Part shown: positions 32,931 to 41,252 of the stretch, one piece after another
How positions within the stretch are numbered: the stretch's first letter is position 1
How the letters are laid out: each line of letters begins with the position of its first letter
Sequence record: SRR31156797_136
Length of the DNA: 41,252 nt
Reading direction: 5' to 3' (one strand)
Position numbers and translations under genes: made by a program
The notes under the pieces: generated by a model
Databases searched by the model: none
Seen by the model: only the letters and a program-made list of their open reading frames with translations
What the model was told of the DNA's origin: nothing

Positions 32931-34583
32931 ATGATTTTAAATGGTACTGCGGTTTCAAAGGGTGTGGCAGCAGCACCTGCATATGTATATATACCTAAAG
33001 ATTATACAGCAGTAAAAACATATATAAAAGATGAAGAAAAGGAAAAAGCTATAGCTGATATTAAGGATGCTATTGCTTGTGCTGATAAAGAACTGAAAAA
33101 ACTGATTAAATCCTTTTTGGAAGAAGAACAGGAAGAGGCAAAGATTTTTTCAGCTCATCTTGAAATACTGCATGACGAAGATTTGTATGAAACAATCTGC
33201 AGTAATATAAAGAAAAACAACATAGCTGCAGAATATGCGGTTTCTGCTGCGTGTGATGAATTTATTACATTGTTGTCTGCCGTTGACGATGAAAACATAG
33301 CAATGCGAACTGCAGATATTGCAGATGTACGCAGTAGAGTTATTCGCTGTCTGCGTGGTGAACAGGTACAGCAGCTAGGTAATCTCAAAGAAGATTGTAT
33401 TATAGTAGCAAAAGACCTTTTGCCTAGCGATACTGCATCAATGGATAGAACTCATATACTTGGTATTGTAACTGAATTAGGTGGAGTAACTTCCCATACT
33501 GCAATTCTGGCACGAAGCTACCAAATACCAGCTCTTGTTGGAGCTGATGGAGTGGAAGATGCAATCAAAACAGGGGATTTATTGCTAATTGATACACAGA
33601 ATAATACAGTTGCTATTAATCCAAGCAAAGCAGAAGTAGATGAAGGAATGAAAAAACGCACTGAATGGATGAATAAGTGCGCTGAAGAAAATACATATTT
33701 AAGAAATGAAGCACGCACAAAAGATGGAGAACGTATTCAGATTGGTTTAAATATTGGGTCAGATGATGAAGATATTCCTGAATATGTCGATTTTGTAGGC
33801 TTGCTGCGTACAGAATTCATATATATGAATAGTGATCATATACCAACGGAAGAAGAGCAATTCTCTGCTTATCGATGTATTATAGAAAAGGCTGAAGATA
33901 GAGTTGTAACACTACGAACACTGGATATCGGCGGAGATAAAAGCTTACCATATATGTCACTTCCGAAAGAAGAAAATCCATTTTTAGGCAAGCGAGCTTT
34001 GCGCTTGTGTTTTGAAAAGCCAGAACTTTTTAATACACAGCTGCGTGCTGCACTACGTGCTTCAGCATACGGTAAATTACAAATCATGTTTCCGATGGTC
34101 AGCAGTATAGATGACATCCAACAGGCAAAAGCTTGCGTTGAAAAAGCCAAAACTCAGCTTCGAGCAGAAGACATTGCATTTGATGAAAATATTCGCATTG
34201 GAATTATGATAGAGATACCATCTATTGCTATGATTGCAGATATTGCCGCACAGGAAGTGGACTTTGCCAGTATAGGTACAAATGATTTGTGCCAGTATTT
34301 CTGCGCTGTAGACAGGATGAATCCTGCGCTCGGCAAATATTATCAGCCGTATTCAACGTCATTTCTTCGTATGTTGTCACAAATTATTACTGCATTTAAT
34401 ACAGCTAAAAAAGAAATATCAATATGCGGAGAGATAGCAGGCGATCCAGATGCCTCTAAGTTGTTATTAGGGCTGGGATTGCGAAAATTCAGCATGAGCA
34501 GATCATCTGTGGCTTCGGTAAAAGCAGTGCTTTCCCAGTGCTCGATTTCAGATGCAAGCAAGGCTATAATTTCTGCACTATAA
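32931..34583 (+). CDS. ptsI: PTS enzyme I (phosphoenolpyruvate-protein phosphotransferase)
   Basis: GGVTSHTAILARS, GLLRTEF, RTLDIGGDK, EENPFLG, SIGTNDL, CGE; GGAGG RBS before ATG 32931. Confidence 0.95.
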   Translation: MILNGTAVSKGVAAAPAYVYIPKDYTAVKTYIKDEEKEKAIADIKDAIACADKELKKLIKSFLEEEQEEAKIFSAHLEILHDEDLYETICSNIKKNNIAAEYAVSAACDEFITLLSAVDDENIAMRTADIADVRSRVIRCLRGEQVQQLGNLKEDCIIVAKDLLPSDTASMDRTHILGIVTELGGVTSHTAILARSYQIPALVGADGVEDAIKTGDLLLIDTQNNTVAINPSKAEVDEGMKKRTEWMNKCAEENTYLRNEARTKDGERIQIGLNIGSDDEDIPEYVDFVGLLRTEFIYMNSDHIPTEEEQFSAYRCIIEKAEDRVVTLRTLDIGGDKSLPYMSLPKEENPFLGKRALRLCFEKPELFNTQLRAALRASAYGKLQIMFPMVSSIDDIQQAKACVEKAKTQLRAEDIAFDENIRIGIMIEIPSIAMIADIAAQEVDFASIGTNDLCQYFCAVDRMNPALGKYYQPYSTSFLRMLSQIITAFNTAKKEISICGEIAGDPDASKLLLGLGLRKFSMSRSSVASVKAVLSQCSISDASKAIISAL

Positions 34584-34831
34584 ACTGTACTGGACTCCCC
34601 CTCCCCCCAAAAAAGAAAGAAGACTTTATATAAAATTGAAAAATTGGTTCTTGTGCAAGTGTTTTAAAATATTTAAAAGAGACTATGGATGTAAGGAAAT
34701 AACACAAAACTAACAAAAATGATTATGTACTATGAGGAATACTATAAGGATGAATACATAAAACTAATATTCGTAGTTTATAATAAGCTTCTAATTTATA
34801 GCATAACATTATTGAATATATATGGGTTTAT

Positions 34832-34860
34832 TTGCTATTTTTGATTGCTTGTTCTATAAT
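34832..34860 (+). promoter_or_regulatory. Sigma-A promoter of the caspase-like gene
   Basis: TTGCTA-N17-TATAAT upstream of the ATG at 34906. Confidence 0.55.
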
Positions 34861-34905
34861 ATGTGGATACAATAAAATGACACTGTTAGGGGGTATTATA
34901 ATAGT

Positions 34906-35979
34906 ATGTCATTAATAAGGAAGATTAAGTGTTCTTTTACTTTTGCTCTAGTGTGTTTTGTATTTGTATCATTGCAAAACCCAATATATGCTGATACAAG
35001 CTCTAATCAAGAAATCGCAATACTATTTGGTATGGCTGATTACTATGACGATTCATACAATTTGAATGGACCAATAAATGATGTTATAGGTATAAACGGC
35101 ACATTACAGGATTTAGGTTTTCAAGTTTACTCATATATGAATTGCTCAGAAAGCCAACTATTAAGTTTAATAGACAGTACAGTTATCACATTGTCTTCAA
35201 GTGATACTCTTCTTTTCTATTATTCTGGTCATGCTGCTGATGGTGGCTACCTATTCTGTGCAGATGGTGGCTTTGTTTCAATTCAGGAGCTTGAATCCCG
35301 ATTATCAAATCATGCTGGCACAAAAGTTGTTTTGATTGATGCTTGTTTTTCCGGTGATTTTATTAGCAAAGATGTAGAATTAAGTCCTGAAAGCAGTAAC
35401 AATGTTAATATATCAAGTGAAGTAGAATTCAATGATTATGTTATTTCAGTATTCAGTGAAAGCGAGAGTACTGCAGGCAGAAGTATTGACCAAGCTGGTT
35501 ATAAAGTTTTAACAGCAAGTTCAGGTGAACAGGTATCTTATGAAAGACTCTTTTATAAAAGCAGTTCTACTTATGCTATGAATAACTATACTAATTACAT
35601 TTATTCAGATGCATTCTGGATAGGATGTTTTACAGAAGCTTTTCATGATGCATGCGGATTATATGAAACTACTCCTCTTTCATCTTTCTTGGCTGATACA
35701 AATAATAGTAATAGTTTAACTCTCAATGAGATGTATATATACACGCGTGACAAAGTAGCTAGTAACCAAGATGTTCAGGTTTACCCTAGCAATGATGACA
35801 CTGTTCTTGTTACAAGAAACAAACATGGTAACTTTATCGCAGACAATGTTATTGATATAGCAGATATTAATCAATTAGCATCTTACTATAATCAACAATC
35901 ATATGAATTTGATTTAAATGGTGATAATACTGTTAATTTGTATGACTTAGTTATTGTTGGGCAAAATTTTACAGACTAA
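34906..35979 (+). CDS. Secreted caspase-family (peptidase C14) protease with C-terminal dockerin-like domain
   Basis: Signal-peptide-like N-terminus, LNGPINDV, FYYSGH and IDACFSG His/Cys dyad, C-terminal DNVIDIAD...DLNGDNTVNLYDL duplicated Ca-loop. Confidence 0.8.
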   Translation: MSLIRKIKCSFTFALVCFVFVSLQNPIYADTSSNQEIAILFGMADYYDDSYNLNGPINDVIGINGTLQDLGFQVYSYMNCSESQLLSLIDSTVITLSSSDTLLFYYSGHAADGGYLFCADGGFVSIQELESRLSNHAGTKVVLIDACFSGDFISKDVELSPESSNNVNISSEVEFNDYVISVFSESESTAGRSIDQAGYKVLTASSGEQVSYERLFYKSSSTYAMNNYTNYIYSDAFWIGCFTEAFHDACGLYETTPLSSFLADTNNSNSLTLNEMYIYTRDKVASNQDVQVYPSNDDTVLVTRNKHGNFIADNVIDIADINQLASYYNQQSYEFDLNGDNTVNLYDLVIVGQNFTD

Positions 35980-36084
35980 TTTATCATAGTATTATCAACA
36001 ATAATCTTTTGATTTTATAAATTATAAATGAAATTACGTCAAACAGAGGAATATAAGTATTCCATTCAACGATAATGAAATAGG

Positions 36085-36186
36085 CTGGTCGTCAGTCGCT
36101 AGTTATAATATAAATAATGCTTAACGCGAGAACCTATATTTTCTAACTAGTGACTAATTACTCACCTATAGAGCCATAGAGCCTAT
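36085..36186 (-). repeat. RHS-core-inserted palindromic element, long copy (102 nt)
   Basis: ATAGGCTCTAT(GGCTCTAT)AGGTGAGTAA...TAGTCACTAGTTA-loop-TAACTAGCGACTGA-CGACCAG; ends similar to the three short copies. Confidence 0.7.
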
Positions 36187-36375
36187 ATTATAATATCCAG
36201 CATTCATATAGTGAAGACCTTTTCCGCTGTCCATATTTGCTCCAGTGAGCTTAACATCGTTTAGTATGGAGATTTCATTAGTAGTAGTCTCACAAAAATG
36301 CCGAATAATCATAATTTGATACATACTGTCCAGATGAGTCTAGTATTCTGGTTGTGCTGTTTCTGAAAACGTATA
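36187..36375 (-). pseudogene. RHS-repeat core fragment (copy A)
   Basis: About 180-bp paralogue of 37802-37985; reads TTRILDSSGQ...GANMDSGKGLHYMNAGYYN. Confidence 0.75.
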
Positions 36376-36493
36376 AAGAACAAATACTAATTAGATACAT
36401 ACAAAAGGCACAGAAAAGTGCCTTGTAGAGCTGGTTTTGTGCATTTTAGTTTAAACCGCATGTTAAACAAATAATAATCATACTAGTTGATAG

Positions 36494-36961
36494 CTACTTT
36501 TCGACAATTTTATATTCAAAAACATAATTTGATATTTTCCCGTATATAATTTTGCAATAATCGCCAATATTATATTTAAACTTATCTTCATCCTTTAATG
36601 TTAAATTGAATTCACTTTTATTTACATATATTTTAGTACCTAATATACTATTGCTCCCTTCAGTTTTAGTAATGACTCCCTCAAAATATAAATAATTGTC
36701 TGTATAAAAGTCATAGTTAACTTTTATAAATGGTGTAGCAACTTCTATTACAAAAACTAAAATGAAATACATAGCAAGAGCTATAAGAATAATCCCGTTC
36801 CTAATCTTCGTTTTATCTTTTTCCCAATTATTTTCAGTCTTTATATAACTCTTAATAAGACTCACGCTTTTTATCAATAGGTATATTAATAAAATAATGA
36901 ATGGTATAAAGATAAGTATATACTGATAAAAACTTTTTATAATCATTTCATACTGTTTCAT
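36494..36961 (-). CDS. Small membrane protein, candidate RHS immunity protein
   Basis: 155 aa from ATG 36961 (MKQYEM...), two TM helices; begins right after the stop of the upstream toxin-tip frame. Confidence 0.6.
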   Translation of the reverse strand: MKQYEMIIKSFYQYILIFIPFIILLIYLLIKSVSLIKSYIKTENNWEKDKTKIRNGIILIALAMYFILVFVIEVATPFIKVNYDFYTDNYLYFEGVITKTEGSNSILGTKIYVNKSEFNLTLKDEDKFKYNIGDYCKIIYGKISNYVFEYKIVEK

Positions 36962-37599
36962 TTTTAATCTTCTTTCTCTTTTAACAACCAGTAATAGTCC
37001 AAACCTGTATAAACACCAACAGCTGGTGTATATCCAATTACTTTTGCTGATGCACCACCTGGTCAAAAACAATAGTCGACCATTGTTCCTGCAGTACTCC
37101 CTCCATCAATAAACCATTTCATATAATCAATCTCATTTTTCACTCCCTCTCCCTCTCCTAAAGTCACTGATGGAGATATTGGTAGTGAAATACCTTTCAT
37201 CCACCCAATCCAGCATGAAGATAATTCGCATCAATCCTTTTTGAAACACTAATATATTTTGAACACCCTACTTTTGCATATAGGGAACCTGCTGGTGTTA
37301 CTATAGGTATTGTTCCGCATAAACTAGCATCAAAAACAAAATCATTATTAGCAATATCCTCCAATCTTTTCTCCTAAATAAACGTTACCATTACCTTCTG
37401 TATTTATATTTAGATTATCATATACTGATTCCTCATTGATAGCATTTGGTTCGATATTGTCAATAGTCTCAATCGCTATAGACTGAAATAATTGTATAAA
37501 AGCTTCTATTATCTCGGATATGCTAGGCACAACACTACCAACTATCTGCACATCAAAATCCACTCTCATATGCCCCGTAGGATCGATATAGTTAATGGA

Positions 37600-37620
37600 C
37601 TGGTCGTCTATGCAACCTAG
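37600..37620 (-). repeat. RHS-core-inserted element, internally deleted copy (21 nt)
   Basis: CTAGGTTGCATAGACGACCAG between the NN and (P>S)INYIDP codons. Confidence 0.75.
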
Positions 37621-37661
37621 ATTATTACCAGTGTATGTATACAGGTTCTGCGTCCTTTGGG

Positions 37662-37702
37662 CTGGTCGTTTGCTTCGCAAACTGCTCGCCTATGCAGCCT
37701 AA
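37662..37702 (-). repeat. RHS-core-inserted palindromic element (41 nt)
   Basis: TTAGGCTGCATAGGCGAGCA-GTTTGC-GAA-GCAAAC-GACCAG between the YE and P codons. Confidence 0.8.
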
Positions 37703-37756
37703 CTCATACGCGCTGCCCTTGTAGCTGTCCTGAGTAATAAACCTACCAGTATTGGG

Positions 37757-37801
37757 CTGATCCTAAATGTTTCACATTTACTGCTCACCTATGCAGCCAA
37801 T
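37757..37801 (-). repeat. RHS-core-inserted palindromic element (45 nt)
   Basis: ATTGGCTGCATAGGTGAGCAG-TAAATGT-GAA-ACATTTA-GGATCAG between the YYN and PNTGRF codons. Confidence 0.8.
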
Positions 37802-38115
37802 ATTATAATATCCAGCGTTCATATAGTAAAGACCTGTTCCGCTGTCTATATTTGCTCCTGTAAACTTAACATCGTATAGTATGGAGCTTTCATTAGTCTT
37901 TGTCTCTCCAAATGCTTCATAACTATAATTTGATACGTACTCTCCAGATGAATCTAGTATTCTAGTTGTACTGTTTCTGTAATCATAATCATACTATAAT
38001 AACTGCGAATTATGCGCATGATAAAAGGTGTATGAAATTACCCTGTAAAGCTTGTTTCAAGGGGGGGGGTAACAGAAATCATTTAAATGCCAGAGGTAAA
38101 ATGAAAAATCAATAA

Positions 38116-38421
38116 TTACTTCAGCAAAAAATAAGTAACTGTTGAAATAGCTATAAGAATAACATAATGATTCTTAGATTTTACTTTCGCTAAATCTACA
38201 CTCATACCATATATTGCAGCCATAAAATATATTATATTATACCCTGTTATCAATATCATCATAGAGGCAATTGATGGAATAATTCTACGTACATCTACAT
38301 TCAGGATGACATCTCTTAAAATATCTTCTAATCCAATAGCGGCTATCCCTGATACAACACCTTGGAATAGGATAAAAAGTATAACAATAATTAATTTACC
38401 TTTATTTTCTTTATTCTTCAT
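38116..38421 (-). CDS. Small hydrophobic protein, candidate orphan immunity protein
   Basis: 101 aa, about 3 TM segments, AGGAG RBS, within the RHS remnant array. Confidence 0.55.
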   Translation of the reverse strand: MKNKENKGKLIIVILFILFQGVVSGIAAIGLEDILRDVILNVDVRRIIPSIASMMILITGYNIIYFMAAIYGMSVDLAKVKSKNHYVILIAISTVTYFLLK

Positions 38422-38510
38422 CTAATCTCTCCTTACTTTTATGGATTTCTCCATTCACCATCCAAATTAGCTGGCATCTCCCATCAGCTTCTAATGCTTC
38501 ATCAATTGAA

Positions 38511-38630
38511 CTATATGCGCCATCTCTTATTTCTATTCATTTCTTCATATTTCTGAACAGTGGACATCTCTTCCTGGCATCCGGATAATACCATTGCAAT
38601 CGTTATAACTATTAAAACTATTTTCTTCAT
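38511..38630 (-). pseudogene. Truncated lipoprotein gene
   Basis: GAGG RBS, MKKIVLIVITIAMVLSGC lipobox, stop after 39 aa. Confidence 0.55.
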
Positions 38631-38833
38631 TTTTTACCTCCGATGATATTAATCTGTTTGTCGCTCTATATAAAAATATTTCTCTAATATCTTGGTAATG
38701 TTAATAATTGATAAGAATGATACACTTAACAGTACTTAAACCGTATTGGTACTTTTAAAACGCAAAGACTGAGATTGACGTTTTTTAATTTAAAAAGAGA
38801 ATTGATAATATAAAATTGTAAGTCATTTATAGT

Positions 38834-39439
38834 CTATGCCTTAATACTGTTTAGTATCATACTAACTGCCGCATCAAGCATTTCGTAGCTGTATCCCTGT
38901 TCTTCATTTAGATGTTCTCCACGAATTACGATTCTCTGGCTTAATGCCAAGAGCATATTTGATATTGTCCTGCTTACTAATTCACAGTCAATATCCTGCT
39001 TTATACTCATATCTTTATAGCCTTCATTTATATATTGTGCAATATAATTTGTATCTCTCTTAATATGCTTTACAAACTCATGGGCTTCATCTATATTTGG
39101 ATATTCACCGGAAAAGACATGGTCAAATTCGCCTAAAAACCGTACTATGCTCGTATTTTGTTTAATCGCTCTAATATATTTATTCAATGTACTGCATAGT
39201 TTTTCGTATCCAGTTTTGCCGTTAGCATTCTTCCCAACATCCATTATGGTAATAATAAAGTCGGTCCAAACGGCAAAACCCAAAGCTTCCTTACTAGTGT
39301 AATATCTGTATATTGTTCTTTTATCAATACCTACCCGAGAAGCAATATAACCAATATCAGTCCCGTGAAACCCCTTTTCAATAAAGGCTTCTCTGGCACT
39401 GTCTAATATCTTCTGATTGGTTTTTTCACGTTTTTTCAT
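38834..39439 (-). CDS. TetR/AcrR family regulator
   Basis: ILDSAREAFIEKGFHGT..IASRVGIDKRTIYRYYTSKEAL HTH. Confidence 0.92.
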   Translation of the reverse strand: MKKREKTNQKILDSAREAFIEKGFHGTDIGYIASRVGIDKRTIYRYYTSKEALGFAVWTDFIITIMDVGKNANGKTGYEKLCSTLNKYIRAIKQNTSIVRFLGEFDHVFSGEYPNIDEAHEFVKHIKRDTNYIAQYINEGYKDMSIKQDIDCELVSRTISNMLLALSQRIVIRGEHLNEEQGYSYEMLDAAVSMILNSIKA

Positions 39440-39615
39440 ATTTTACCTTAATAATGTTGCATTTATCACTAATAATAAATTATGTTATCCTTTTAAAAAT
39501 CTATTGTCAAGGCATAAAAGTGATATCTATTGATGATACACATAATAGTTTATGCTTTACTCATTACAAACAAGTTATTATTTCATAATTGTAATAATAT
39601 TCTGGTAAATTTCAA

Positions 39616-39644
39616 TTGACATTTACCCTTAGCTATGATATATT
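39616..39644 (+). promoter_or_regulatory. Sigma-A promoter of the infC operon
   Basis: TTGACA-N17-TATATT with extended TG. Confidence 0.75.
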
Positions 39645-39656
39645 ACAAAGGCTAAC

Positions 39657-39790
39657 AAAGTAGAAGATTATCCCTTCTCACCTGCAGGTGAAATATCCTC
39701 GCACGGTAATAGTATGTAAATTAATATTTTACTATATAATTTTGATACTATGCGGATAGGCTTTTACATTGAGCTTATTCGCTTTTATTA
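39657..39790 (+). ncRNA. Ribosomal protein L20 leader (autoregulatory RNA)
   Basis: AGAAG..CTTCTCACCTG motif and GCGGATAGGCT...AGCTTATTCGC-TTTT terminator-like hairpin upstream of infC-rpmI-rplT. Confidence 0.7.
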
Positions 39791-39827
39791 TATTGAGCGA
39801 AGAAATATTATTATGGAGGTGTTTCTT

Positions 39828-40346
39828 ATAAAAGGTGATATGTTTATCAACGATGGTATTCGTGCAAAAGAAGTAAGAGTAATATCAGACTCAAGTGAGC
39901 AACTAGGTGTAATGGAGTTAAAAGCTGCACAGGATATTGCAGATAATGCCGGATTAGATTTGGTATTGATTTCTCCAAATGCAAAACCACCAGTATGCAA
40001 AGTAATGAATTATGGTAAATATCGTTTCGAACAATCAAAACGTGAAAAAGAAGCAAAGAAAAAACAAACTGTAATTGACATTAAGGAAATTAGGTTGTCT
40101 CCTGCAATTGAGGAGCATGATATTATGGTAAGGGTCAAGAATGCCAGAAAATTCCTGAAACAAGGAAACAAAGTTAAGGTAAGCATTCGCTTTAAAGGTA
40201 GACAGATGGCTCATACCAAACTGGGCTTTGAGGTTATGAAAGACTTTGCAGAGAGACTAAAGGACGAATGCATTGTTGAAGTAAGACCAAAGCTTGATGG
40301 GCGTAACATGATGATGATGTTAAGCGTAGAAAAACAGAAGAAATAA
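39828..40346 (+). CDS. infC: Translation initiation factor IF-3 (probable ATA start)
   Basis: [50 protein letters not shown] 6 nt before an in-frame ATA. Confidence 0.95.
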   Translation: MKGDMFINDGIRAKEVRVISDSSEQLGVMELKAAQDIADNAGLDLVLISPNAKPPVCKVMNYGKYRFEQSKREKEAKKKQTVIDIKEIRLSPAIEEHDIMVRVKNARKFLKQGNKVKVSIRFKGRQMAHTKLGFEVMKDFAERLKDECIVEVRPKLDGRNMMMMLSVEKQKK

Positions 40347-40380
40347 TTTTTTAATTTTTATAACGAGAGGAGTGAACAAC

Positions 40381-40578
40381 ATGCCAAAAATCAAAACTAA
40401 AAAAGCTGCTGCTAAGCGTTTTAAAGTTACTGGTAAAGGTAAAGTTAAAAGAACCAGATCCGGTAAAAATCACAAACTAAACAATAAAAGCGGTAAAACT
40501 ATTCGTACTCTTAGAAAACAGGGTTACGTAGCAAAATCTGAGGAAAAAAACGTAAAGGAATTAATTCCTTACAAATAA
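40381..40578 (+). CDS. rpmI: 50S ribosomal protein L35
   Basis: [21 protein letters not shown]. Confidence 0.96.
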   Translation: MPKIKTKKAAAKRFKVTGKGKVKRTRSGKNHKLNNKSGKTIRTLRKQGYVAKSEEKNVKELIPYK

Positions 40579-40622
40579 CCTAGGATGAAAATTTACCAGC
40601 TAACAGCAGAAAGGAATAAAAA

Positions 40623-41252
40623 ATGGCAAGAGTTACACGAGGAGTAACAGCTCATAAAAGAAAAAAGAAAGTACTAAAAATGGCCAAAGGTTACTATGGT
40701 GCAAAATCTAAGCAATTTAGAAGTGCTAACCAGCAAGTAATCAAATCAATGGCATATGCATATATTGGTCGCAAGCAGAAGAAACGTGACTACAGAAGAT
40801 TATGGATTGTAAGAATCAATGCTGCCGCAAGATTAAATGACATGACATATTCAACATTTATGAATGGTCTCAAAAAGGCAGGAATTGAAATCAACCGTAA
40901 AATGCTATCCGAACTAGCAATCAGTGATATGCCTGCATTCTCAAAATTAGTTGATGAGGCTAAAAATGCTTTAAAAAATCCTAAACCTAAAACTGAAGCA
41001 AAAGCTGTAAAGGCAGAAATTAAGGAATCAACTGCAAAAGCTAAAGCACCTGCTAAGAAAGCTACAGCTAAGAAAACTACTACTGCTAAAAAGACAACAG
41101 CCAAAGCTGCTGATACAGCAGAAAAGCCAGCTGCTAAGAAGACTACTGCTGCTGCAAAGAAAACTACTACAGCTAAGAAAGCCACTTCTACTGCTAAAGC
41201 AACAGCTGAAAAAGCTGCAGTTGCTGCCAAGTCTACCGCTAAGAAGACTACT
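40623..41252 (+). CDS. rplT: 50S ribosomal protein L20 with Lys/Ala/Thr-rich C-terminal extension (runs off the window)
   Basis: [50 protein letters not shown], then [11 protein letters not shown] repeats; no stop within the window. Confidence 0.95.
   Translation, partial: MARVTRGVTAHKRKKKVLKMAKGYYGAKSKQFRSANQQVIKSMAYAYIGRKQKKRDYRRLWIVRINAAARLNDMTYSTFMNGLKKAGIEINRKMLSELAISDMPAFSKLVDEAKNALKNPKPKTEAKAVKAEIKESTAKAKAPAKKATAKKTTTAKKTTAKAADTAEKPAAKKTTAAAKKTTTAKKATSTAKATAEKAAVAAKSTAKKTT

Larger units (their letters stand above)
36965..38010 (-). pseudogene. Orphan RHS core plus C-terminal toxin tip, disrupted
   Basis: YDYDYRNSTTRILDSSG..YSYEAFGE..FTGA..DSGTGLYYMNAGYYN^PNTGRFITQDSYKG..YE^..TQNLYTYTGNN^SINYIDPTGH, then a variable tip with stops ending ..GVYTGLDYYWLLKEKED*. 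Confidence 0.8.

Noticed and set aside
34586-34615. Possible IS3/IS150-like end (TGTACTGGACTCCCC) at the PTS island's right edge
   Set aside because: Weak similarity only, with no partner inverted repeat or transposase.
36962-37072. N-terminal 37 aa of the ORF-track protein 36494..37072
   Set aside because: It overlaps the RHS tip frame; ATG 36961 right after the tip's stop is the more plausible start.
37348-37680. 110-aa ORF as an independent gene
   Set aside because: Its TTG start lies inside an inserted element; it is a piece of the disrupted RHS gene.
37600-37801. CRISPR array (three hairpin-type repeats with 41- and 54-nt spacers)
   Set aside because: The repeats vary in length and inner sequence, the spacers are consecutive pieces of one RHS reading frame, and no cas genes or leader are present.
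37662-37801. Known ribozyme, group II intron end or integron attC for the RHS inserts
   Set aside because: No hammerhead CUGANGA/GAAA core, no domain-V motif and no RYYYAAC/GTTRRRY boxes seen; far too short for group I or II introns.
40790-41230. 146-aa hydrophobic minus-strand ORF
   Set aside because: It is the antisense shadow of the repetitive rplT tail.

Overview
Low-GC, Clostridia-like (Bacillota) chromosome segment with three parts. (1) 1-22.8 kb is mostly housekeeping. It holds an M18 aminopeptidase, a DEAD-box helicase, a minus-strand nth-nfnAB-obgE-yhbY...nadD-yqeK-rsfS block and the conserved priA-def-fmt-rsmB-rlmN-stp-pknB-rsgA-rpe-thiN operon. (2) 22.8-39.5 kb is accessory. It holds an esterase pseudogene, a self-contained Lac/Cel-family PTS operon (atypical LevR-like regulator, GH1, GH4, its own HPr and enzyme I), a secreted caspase-like protease with a dockerin-like tail, a decaying RHS toxin/immunity array and a TetR gene. 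(3) 39.6 kb to the end is L20 leader-infC-rpmI-rplT, and L20 carries a long histone-H1-like tail. The most striking observation is four related short palindromic inserts (consensus on the minus strand NTAGGCTGCATAGGYGAGCAG-hairpin-CGACCAG). I saw them only inside RHS-core coding sequence, at positions where the RHS motif has a conserved Pro. All calls come from reading the sequence by eye; no searches were run.
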